This document shows, one piece after another, positions 20,327-28,151 of a DNA stretch of 64,000 nt. Source of the stretch: an uncultured bacterium. Lineage in GTDB: Bacteria; UBP6; UBA1177; CALOFP01. How positions within the stretch are numbered: the first letter of the stretch is position 1; the number at the start of each line of letters is the position of its first letter. The notes below the pieces were generated by a model, which had not been told where the DNA came from, did not search any database, and saw nothing but the letters and a program-made list of their open reading frames with translations. The position numbers and the translations under genes were made by a program. The DNA is taken from positions 799,039 to 863,038 of the forward strand of contig CALOFP010000001.1 in the NCBI GenBank assembly GCA_942492635.1. The letters are read 5' to 3'.

Positions 20327-21059
20327 CTTCCTCCCCGCGGTTCTTGTTTACACCAGCTTCGCCCTGCCCTTCGTAGGCTTTTTCCTTGAGATCAAATTCA
20401 ACATGAAGTCGATTTTCAAGTTTCTCCGCGCCTCCCTTGTCCTTGGAAACAGAAGAGAGCTCGACGATCCTGCCCTCCTCTACATTGAAGGAGTAGCCCG
20501 TCTTAACTTTGAAGGTATATCCTTCCATATAGGAGAATATTCCGAAACCTTTTCCTCGATATATGAGATAGGCTGATACATGGTGTGGCCCTGGAACAAT
20601 CGAGCCGTCGAATACCACAATATCCTTTTTGCTGAGATCACGTGGACTGTCGATTTTCTTGAATATCGGAGCTTCATCAAGGTAGTATATGGCTGATACA
20701 AGTTCGAATGCTCCACCGACCCTGTTCTTGTGCACAACGGTAGCCCTTGCTCCCGTAATCGCACCCTGAAGAACCGTCTCCTGAAGAATCGAAAGTCTCT
20801 GTTTGGCCCTAAATATCTTATCTTTGAGAGAATTTATCTTCTCCTCAAGAGTTCGCAACTTAATATCGTACTCCCCACTCTGTTCGGAAGATTTTTCCTC
20901 TTTTTCAACCGATTGAGTGCTCTTTTCAACCTGCGTCTCTTTCTTTTTCTCCTGCTCAGGTCTTCCCTCGGAAGAACTTTCTTGTGCGTGGATTGTAAAA
21001 ACAATAGAGAAGATTAAAAAGAGTGAAAGGAAATTTCGCAAAAACATAATGCGCTCCAT
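20310..21059 (-). CDS. secreted coiled-coil hypothetical protein
   Basis: It has a signal peptide and a Glu/Lys-rich coiled-coil region. It is the first gene of the TPR operon. Confidence 0.5.
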   Translation of the reverse strand: MERIMFLRNFLSLFLIFSIVFTIHAQESSSEGRPEQEKKKETQVEKSTQSVEKEEKSSEQSGEYDIKLRTLEEKINSLKDKIFRAKQRLSILQETVLQGAITGARATVVHKNRVGGAFELVSAIYYLDEAPIFKKIDSPRDLSKKDIVVFDGSIVPGPHHVSAYLIYRGKGFGIFSYMEGYTFKVKTGYSFNVEEGRIVELSSVSKDKGGAEKLENRLHVEFDLKEKAYEGQGEAGVNKNRGEEDVSNN

Positions 21060-21109
21060 TTATTTAAACACCACACTATAATACATCATCGTATTGCAAA
21101 ATCAATTTT

Positions 21110-21925
21110 TCAAATCCGCTCTATAGTGAGCATCTCCTGTTTTAATATTAGTTCCCCGACACTTTTGAATGTGTCAACGGCATCGGTAACGTAGAATGTC
21201 TCTTTTCCCGGCTCCGCGGAAGGCCCTTTCCACAACTCTCTATCGATAAGGAGCCTCTTCAATTCACGGGCTGTGAAGTATCCGGAATCCATGATGTTCA
21301 CATTTTCCCCCATGAAGTATCCTATGGGACGTCTAAGCAACGGGTAGTGGGTACATCCCAGTATGAGAGTATCTATCCCGGCCTCTTTCATCGGCTTCAG
21401 ATAGTGTTCGATCACCATCATAGTCATTGGGGTATCCAGCCAGCCCTCTTCCACAAGCGGAACAAAAAGAGGGCACGCCCTGGCGAAAACATCGACATTC
21501 AGACGATTTCTGATTCGCTCCTGATAGACGTTGCTTTTTATGGTGGCCCTGGTACCGATTACTCCAACTCTCTTCACATGATCACATGAAATGAGACCAT
21601 TCACCACAGGCTCTATGACCCCCACTATAGGAATATGGGGAAATTGATCCTGAAGTGACTTCAATGCAACGGAAGAAGCTGTGTTACAGGCGACCACTAC
21701 GGCCTTCACACCTTTCTCCTCAAGAAAATGAACGTTATCCTCGGAATAGCGCTTTATGACACCTTCCGATTTCCCACCATAAGGGACCCTTGCCGTATCT
21801 CCCAGGTAAACAATATCTTCGTTCGGCAGCACCTTGCGAAGCTCCCTGAAAACCGTAAGGCCTCCCAATCCGGAGTCAAAGACACCTATCGGGGAATCAA
21901 TGCCTTTCATCATCACCTTCACCAT
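21110..21925 (-). CDS. murI: glutamate racemase
   Basis: It has the MurI catalytic motifs (VFDSGLGGLTV and LGCTHYPLL). Confidence 0.9.
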   Translation of the reverse strand: MVKVMMKGIDSPIGVFDSGLGGLTVFRELRKVLPNEDIVYLGDTARVPYGGKSEGVIKRYSEDNVHFLEEKGVKAVVVACNTASSVALKSLQDQFPHIPIVGVIEPVVNGLISCDHVKRVGVIGTRATIKSNVYQERIRNRLNVDVFARACPLFVPLVEEGWLDTPMTMMVIEHYLKPMKEAGIDTLILGCTHYPLLRRPIGYFMGENVNIMDSGYFTARELKRLLIDRELWKGPSAEPGKETFYVTDAVDTFKSVGELILKQEMLTIERI

Positions 21926-23717
21926 CCATCTTTAAAATCTCTGTCTTTCCCACGTAGTATTCGGAATCCTCAGCTCGCAATTTTGCAACTTTTTTAGTCA
22001 GCGACACAGCCTTATCCAGTTCGACGCCGAGTCTCTCTATGTACTCGCTTAGATCCGAATCCGCAACAACTTTCTCTTTCAGTATATCCAGATACATCTG
22101 CATAACAGAGAAATTCTGATTAAAGTTGTGAGATATGGTACCCGCCAGCTTTTGGAAAAGCTGTGATCCACCCTCTCCCACCGCCCTGTTCTCAGAACCG
22201 GACTCAATACAATTTTCGCATTCAGGTACAAATTTCAGAAAGTAGAGCTCTGCTTCCCTTGAATATGAAAACAGCGCCCGATACCCTTTCGGCTTTTCCC
22301 CATATGCATCAACGACTCCGACATCAATCGGAATTCTTACTGTTCCAGAATGCCCCTTGTCCCGTTTCAGAAACGAAAAAAGTTGCTTCATGGCATCATC
22401 TTTTTCAGTGAAAGAGAGGATAGAGAGTTCATCTTCTGAGGAGGAGACAACCTTAAGAAGTGCTCTTGCCTCTCGGTTCATGAACCTTATCGCACCCATG
22501 ATATCGAAGGCCAGAAAGGGCGGTACCGTATCAAGAGCCACCCTTAGCCTTTTCAAATCTCTTTCATACCGTCCCGCAGAGCTCTTTTTCTTTTCCTCAA
22601 CCACAAAACCCCATTTTTCTTCCGCAATTTGGAACCTTTTCCACACCAAATCCTTTCTGGAGAGCGTATAAAAATGGTAGTAGGGACGCTCCTGATGCAC
22701 CTTACCCAACTCTATTTCGAATATACTTTGGAGATTTTTATGAAGAATTGCCTTACGCTCTATCTTCAAGATATCCTCCAAGGCCCCGTTGAGAAAAAGT
22801 ATCTTTCCGGATCGATCAGATATCACAATTCCTCCGGGAAGCTGTTCCAAAACAGCCCAGCAACCCTCTTCTGGATGCAGATTTGTGAGGAAGGGGCATC
22901 CGCCCACATTGGCACTACCCTTTTCAAAGAGAAAAAACTTTGAAAACAATACTGAAAAAATTGTCTGGGCCAACTTGCCTCCCTCCGAGAGAGGAGGCTC
23001 TCCGTCAGATCTCACAAGCAGAGCCGCCACAACGTCTCCATACCTGTTCTGCAGAGGAATGGCGGAACGAAAGGAGCTTCCGCTCTCCTCGGAAAGCGTC
23101 GCCCCCCTCGATTTCAGCTCATCAGAGGTGAAACAGAGAGATTTCCTGAAGTTTATCGCCTCTCTCAATTCGGGATAGGAATCTATATGGAGCACATAGT
23201 TCCTGAAGTAGGAGTTGTCAGAAGAAGCTAATATCACGCCGAATTTACCGACAGGAAAAAGAACGACAAGAGTGGTTTTGGATGCATCCAAGGCTCTGTT
23301 CATCAAGACAAGGAATTCAAGAAAAGAGTCATAACTGCACCTTGAAAAAATTGGCAGGGTAATCAGATTCCTGATATCCGCTTCTGCCGAAAACAGCAGG
23401 TTCCCCACCGCCTTCTCCGAAAGGAGCGAGATCTGATAATCGATGTCCACACCAGCCCAGATCAGGCCGTATCCCGATTCGGCAACAATCTCAGGATCAA
23501 TATCTCGATCGGCAAAAATGTAACATGTATTCTCACTTGGAAGGGCAGGAACAAATTCCGTTGCCTCTCTGACTGCATTGCCAAGAAAAAAAATCGTGGC
23601 TCCACTCTCAGGAACAATGCGTTGCGCATCGAAAAGCTTGTTATTTCCGGACTCTACCCAAACAGAAAGCTCCCGCAGAAGTATACCGTCATTGCCTATA
23701 TAATAGTAATTCATCAA
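21897..23717 (-). CDS. cytoplasmic sensory/signalling protein, possibly PAS/GAF-like with a HisKA-like H-box but no ATPase domain
   Basis: It is a 606-aa ORF. Near the C-terminus there is an H-box-like stretch (LAGTISHNFNQNFSVMQMYLD), but no HATPase N/G1/G2 boxes follow it. It lies next to the REC-HD-GYP gene. Confidence 0.45.
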   Translation of the reverse strand: MMNYYYIGNDGILLRELSVWVESGNNKLFDAQRIVPESGATIFFLGNAVREATEFVPALPSENTCYIFADRDIDPEIVAESGYGLIWAGVDIDYQISLLSEKAVGNLLFSAEADIRNLITLPIFSRCSYDSFLEFLVLMNRALDASKTTLVVLFPVGKFGVILASSDNSYFRNYVLHIDSYPELREAINFRKSLCFTSDELKSRGATLSEESGSSFRSAIPLQNRYGDVVAALLVRSDGEPPLSEGGKLAQTIFSVLFSKFFLFEKGSANVGGCPFLTNLHPEEGCWAVLEQLPGGIVISDRSGKILFLNGALEDILKIERKAILHKNLQSIFEIELGKVHQERPYYHFYTLSRKDLVWKRFQIAEEKWGFVVEEKKKSSAGRYERDLKRLRVALDTVPPFLAFDIMGAIRFMNREARALLKVVSSSEDELSILSFTEKDDAMKQLFSFLKRDKGHSGTVRIPIDVGVVDAYGEKPKGYRALFSYSREAELYFLKFVPECENCIESGSENRAVGEGGSQLFQKLAGTISHNFNQNFSVMQMYLDILKEKVVADSDLSEYIERLGVELDKAVSLTKKVAKLRAEDSEYYVGKTEILKMDGEGDDERH

Positions 23718-23971
23718 ATACCGTAAAAAAAATTACAATACTACGATAGTAAACCTACCATATAAGTTGTGATATTTGAAAATTTTTTTGCTGCTTTTAA
23801 AGCCCGATTCGCTTGAAATCATGATTCAATCTAAAAAAGGGCTGTACTTACAGGATCATGCATAAATCCCCCACCCTAACCCGATGAGAGAAAATCATCT
23901 ACAACAAATCTAAATCACAGATCTTTTCCTGCATCCCTGTTCAGAATCGAACTCATCACGCACAAGAATAT

Positions 23972-25459
23972 TTATAGAGGATAGTCGAGCCCCAAATGAG
24001 CACACTTCCGTCTGTAGGCCTCTATGGCTTCAACAAAGTAGTGAACTATGTCTGGATCGAATTGGGAACCCGAACATCGCCTGATTTCATCAATCGCCGT
24101 CTCATGAGAGAGAGCCTTCCGATAGGGACGGTCCGAAGTCATGGCATCGTACGTATCGGCAATAGCCATCATCCTTGCTCCGAGAGGAATTTCCTCTCCC
24201 TTGAGACCTTCTGGATAGCCCCTTCCGTCAAAACGTTCATGGTGATGGTAAACTATCGGAACCACATTGGAAAGGAAGCGGATCGGCTCGAGTATCTTTT
24301 TACCTATGACGGGATGCTTCTTGAACATCTCAAACTCCTCATCGGTCAGTTTACCGGGTTTATTCAGCTTTTCATACTGAAGACCTATCTTTCCGATATC
24401 GTGAAGCCTTCCGGCACGGTATACGATGTCGATCTCCTCATCCGGCAGATCAAACTCCCTCGCCAGGGCGACGGCATACATAGTCACCCTCTCCGAATGA
24501 CCCTGTGTATACTGGTCCTTAGCCTCGAGAGCATGCGCAAAACCCTGCATGGTCTGATTGAAGGTCTCCATCAGATCACCGTAGAGTCTGCTGTTTTCAA
24601 GGGATGCGGAAAAGTAACTTGCGAACACCTTCATGAAACGCTTCTGCCCGGTTCGGAACACCTTTTTTCTGCTGAAGGAGTAGAAAAGGAAAAAACCCAA
24701 AATTCTTCTGCCTCTTCTAAGAGGGACAACCATAAAAGAACACAAAGGCTTACCCGGAGGACTCTTGAAGAAAATCAAGTTGGAATTCCCGAAAGTAAGA
24801 ATATCATCATTCTCCTCGAGAACGTCAAGGAGCCTCTCCTGATCGACAACTCCGGCATCATAGTACTCACCGGCAAAAAAGTTTTTCCTGTTACGAAACT
24901 CATCCTTCTCTCTATCGAAAAGATAGATCGAAACAAGGTCTGCAGAACTCTCCTTGAGGAGAGAGTCCCCGAGCCGGGAGATAAATGCGTCCGTCTCAAC
25001 GTTCTCCTCTACGGCCTGGGCAACATCGAACAGACTCACCGTCGCCTTCAGGTAAACGTTCTCCAGTTTGAGTGAACGCTGCTCAACGGCATTCTGTATT
25101 GTGTTGAATATCATTTCGGAGTTAAACGGCTTCAACAGGTAGTCGTAGGCTCCAAGTCTGAAAGCCTCCGTAGCGGTCTCAACGGTACCGAAAGCGGTCA
25201 TCATGATTACAATGGAATCCACCTCTCGATCACGAATCTCCCTCAAAACCTGAATACCGTCCATGACCGGCATTTTTATATCCAGGAGGATAATATCGAA
25301 TATTTCCTCTTCCAGCATGGGTAGTGCCTCCATGCCGTTTGCCGCAGTGCGGACATGGAAGCCCTTGAGGGAGAGAAACTCCTCAAGGACCTCCCTTATT
25401 GAATCCTCGTCGTCAACTACTAGAATTGAAACGGCGGAATCACCTTCAAAAAGTCCCAT
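23972..25459 (-). CDS. response regulator with HD-GYP phosphodiesterase domain
   Basis: The N-terminal REC domain (ILVVDDEDSIREVL...DIILLDIKMPVMDG) is followed by an HD-GYP domain (HSERVTMYAVALA...LHDIGKIG...HHERFDGRGYPEGL). Confidence 0.85.
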   Translation of the reverse strand: MGLFEGDSAVSILVVDDEDSIREVLEEFLSLKGFHVRTAANGMEALPMLEEEIFDIILLDIKMPVMDGIQVLREIRDREVDSIVIMMTAFGTVETATEAFRLGAYDYLLKPFNSEMIFNTIQNAVEQRSLKLENVYLKATVSLFDVAQAVEENVETDAFISRLGDSLLKESSADLVSIYLFDREKDEFRNRKNFFAGEYYDAGVVDQERLLDVLEENDDILTFGNSNLIFFKSPPGKPLCSFMVVPLRRGRRILGFFLFYSFSRKKVFRTGQKRFMKVFASYFSASLENSRLYGDLMETFNQTMQGFAHALEAKDQYTQGHSERVTMYAVALAREFDLPDEEIDIVYRAGRLHDIGKIGLQYEKLNKPGKLTDEEFEMFKKHPVIGKKILEPIRFLSNVVPIVYHHHERFDGRGYPEGLKGEEIPLGARMMAIADTYDAMTSDRPYRKALSHETAIDEIRRCSGSQFDPDIVHYFVEAIEAYRRKCAHLGLDYPL

Positions 25460-25480
25460 AAAAAGATAACTCCGGTATTG

Positions 25481-25699
25481 CTATTTCTCTTCGAGCAGGT
25501 TGGCAAGATAGGCAATCATGTCCTTCTTGTGAAGTTTAAGTTTTCTGAGCCTTTTGAGCTCGACCTCATCTTCAGGAGTAAGAATCTTGCTGCTTGCAAG
25601 TTCATCGACCTTGTCGTTGAGCTCCTTGTGCTCGTTTTTGAGAGCCGTAAGTTTCTCCTTGATTTCCTCACCAGACAAGTTTTTCAAAGCATCCATCAT
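25481..25699 (-). CDS. DUF465 (YdcH-like) small coiled-coil protein
   Basis: It is a 70-aa helical protein whose composition is typical of the YdcH family. It overlaps the tsaB stop by 4 nt. Confidence 0.5.
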   Translation of the reverse strand: MMDALKNLSGEEIKEKLTALKNEHKELNDKVDELASSKILTPEDEVELKRLRKLKLHKKDMIAYLANLLEEK

Positions 25700-26424
25700 T
25701 GCTGCCCCCTTTCGTCTAACGTGATATAAAAGTCCCTGCCGTCTCCCCGGATACCCGCAGGAGCCGCAAGGTAGTTGAATATAAGAGGATCTCGACTGAA
25801 ATCCAGCGATTCCAGCACGGGAACATCACCGAGATATGAGTGAAAAAACTCACCCGATGTGTCAACCCTCTCAAAACTGCTAATGCTTGATTTTAAAATG
25901 ACCTCAAAATTTTCCGACAGACCAGAAGGTGCCACAACCTTCAGCTCTTCGGCCCCTAACTTCGCCAGAAGCTTTTCGAAAAGCCTCTCCGACACCAGCC
26001 TGTCTCGCTCTACGTAGTCCCGCTTTCCACCCACATTGCGAAACAGTGAGACAAAAATTTCGTTCCTGCTGAATGGAACGGCTACGAGGACGGGCTCCTC
26101 CCCTTGCGGGGAGACAAAAAGCGAGAAAAGGTCGAGTGATGAAACCATTTTCACATTCTTCACACCTCTTGCATAGAGATATGAGAGAACAAACGAAGCG
26201 CCGGTTTTTATCGCAGTAAAAGAACCGGGACCGGCTCCGAGAATAAGCGAAACATCGCCTTCGAAAGTCAGCGACTCTTCGATCCCCTGAAAAAGCTTGG
26301 GAAACTCAGATCCCAGAGAACCTCTGGGGTACTCCCTGCACACTTGAATCGACTCAACCCCCGAGTAAAAACCGAAGAGAACCCGGGATGTTGAACTATC
26401 CCAGAGGAAAACATTAGTATCCAT
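25696..26424 (-). CDS. tsaB: tRNA threonylcarbamoyladenosine biosynthesis protein TsaB (inactive Kae1/YgjD paralog)
   Basis: It has an N-terminal LxDSST-like start and a GPGSFTAIKTG motif. Its size (242 aa) fits TsaB. Confidence 0.65.
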   Translation of the reverse strand: MDTNVFLWDSSTSRVLFGFYSGVESIQVCREYPRGSLGSEFPKLFQGIEESLTFEGDVSLILGAGPGSFTAIKTGASFVLSYLYARGVKNVKMVSSLDLFSLFVSPQGEEPVLVAVPFSRNEIFVSLFRNVGGKRDYVERDRLVSERLFEKLLAKLGAEELKVVAPSGLSENFEVILKSSISSFERVDTSGEFFHSYLGDVPVLESLDFSRDPLIFNYLAAPAGIRGDGRDFYITLDERGQQ

Positions 26425-28031
26425 TAGCCTCCTAAAAGAATAGAGAAGTACCTGTTCACATCGTTGAACAGTGCAAATCCCATCAACACGATTAACAAAA
26501 TCAGTCCGGCAGTCATCGAAATCTCTTTTATCCTTCTATCAATCGCCCTTCCGGTTAAACCTTCAATAGTATACATTAACATATGACCCCCGTCAAGGAT
26601 AGGTATGGGAAGAAGATTTATTAAACCAAGATTAATGCTTATCATGGCCATTACCGCAAGAAAGACCTTCATACCCTGCTCTGCAGCACGCTTGGAAATA
26701 TCAAACACCATTATGGGACCACCTATGGTTTTAGCCGACAGACGACCGGAGGCAAGATAGTAAAACCCCTTGGCCGTGAGCTCCGTCATATTCCACGTTT
26801 CACTAAACATGTATTCAAATGAAAACAACATAAGGCTACTTCTCTTTGCAGTCTCGGGATTTCCGTACACAAATGCGAACCTTGACCCCCATCGGACAGT
26901 TCGGTCCTTCTCTCCGGTCAGTTCGTTCTCTCTGTTCTCCTTGAGGAGATCAAAGTTCTTGGTCAAGTTTCTGCCATCTCTTACCATTCCGAGCTCAACA
27001 TTCGCACCCTCCTTCATCCCCTTGAGAAGAGTAATGAAGTCGTAGGGAGAGGTGACGGACTTTCCATTTACCGTATGAATAAAATCCCCTTCGGCCATTC
27101 CTATTTCGTGAGAAAGGGTACCTTTTTCCACTTTTGAGACAATCATTCCGCCGTGTCTGATATTATTCAAGAGATTCTGAAGCTGCCCCTCTTTCAGATG
27201 AAGCTCCTTTTTCTCTTCGCCACGCAGTACCGTCAACTTGGAAGCCCCGGCTGAAAGAGCGTGGATCAGCTTGTAAAACCTATCCACACCTTTTCCATCG
27301 ACAGAGAGTACCCTGTCCCCGTTCATCAGAGGGGCGCCAGTTCCAACCAGCGCTACATGGGTATCCCTTACAAGTGGAGCGATTCCGGCCATACATCTGG
27401 ACTGCTTCTCCCCAAGAATAGTAGAAAGCTCTTTTCTTTTAGGGGTAATTTTTACAATCCTAGGACTGTCGCTTCCGTAGGATACAACGGAAAGAGTCAC
27501 CTCCGGGCATCCGTTTTCATTTGGTTTCGGCATAGCAGCCTGAAGATCATCCCACACATAGATTTTCTTTCCGTCTATTTCTACAACACGATCACCTTCC
27601 AGAAGGCCAGCCGCCAATGCAGGGCTTTCAGGCGCAACATACTCCACGATCGCAGCAGTATCGGTGTGATGATAAAAACTGACAAGAAAATAGAGAAACA
27701 TGGCAAAAAGAATGTTGAAAACGGGACCGGCTGTCACTATGACAACCTTCTGCCACCAGACTTTTCCTGAAAAGGAGCGGTGGATCTCATTCTCAGGCAC
27801 ATCGTCGTTCATTCCCTCCCCAAGCATTTTCACATAACCGCCCAGAGGGATAAGGGAAATCCTGTATTCGGTCTCTCCCTTCTTGTATTTAAAGAGTGAC
27901 TTACCGAAACCGAGAGAGAAGGTAAACACCTTCACGTTGAATATTCTGGCTGCTATGAAATGTCCCAGTTCATGAATAAAGATAACAAGACCAAGGAGAA
28001 CAATAGCGTAGAGAAACATGTCAATCCTCAC
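26424..28031 (-). CDS. rseP: RIP zinc metalloprotease RseP (site-2 protease) with PDZ domains
   Basis: The HELGHF zinc motif sits in the first TM segment. Two PDZ-like regions follow, and the C-terminal TM region is conserved (LLPIPILDGGH). Confidence 0.85.
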   Translation of the reverse strand: MRIDMFLYAIVLLGLVIFIHELGHFIAARIFNVKVFTFSLGFGKSLFKYKKGETEYRISLIPLGGYVKMLGEGMNDDVPENEIHRSFSGKVWWQKVVIVTAGPVFNILFAMFLYFLVSFYHHTDTAAIVEYVAPESPALAAGLLEGDRVVEIDGKKIYVWDDLQAAMPKPNENGCPEVTLSVVSYGSDSPRIVKITPKRKELSTILGEKQSRCMAGIAPLVRDTHVALVGTGAPLMNGDRVLSVDGKGVDRFYKLIHALSAGASKLTVLRGEEKKELHLKEGQLQNLLNNIRHGGMIVSKVEKGTLSHEIGMAEGDFIHTVNGKSVTSPYDFITLLKGMKEGANVELGMVRDGRNLTKNFDLLKENRENELTGEKDRTVRWGSRFAFVYGNPETAKRSSLMLFSFEYMFSETWNMTELTAKGFYYLASGRLSAKTIGGPIMVFDISKRAAEQGMKVFLAVMAMISINLGLINLLPIPILDGGHMLMYTIEGLTGRAIDRRIKEISMTAGLILLIVLMGFALFNDVNRYFSILLGG

Positions 28032-28151
28032 AATAAGTAAACATAACCCTAATTATAGACAGATTATCACATATTGAAAGAATAGGTTACAAAAAAGACG
28101 TTTCCCATTCCAAAAATGTTGCCATCGAGATTAAGAGCTGTTAAATAGTTA

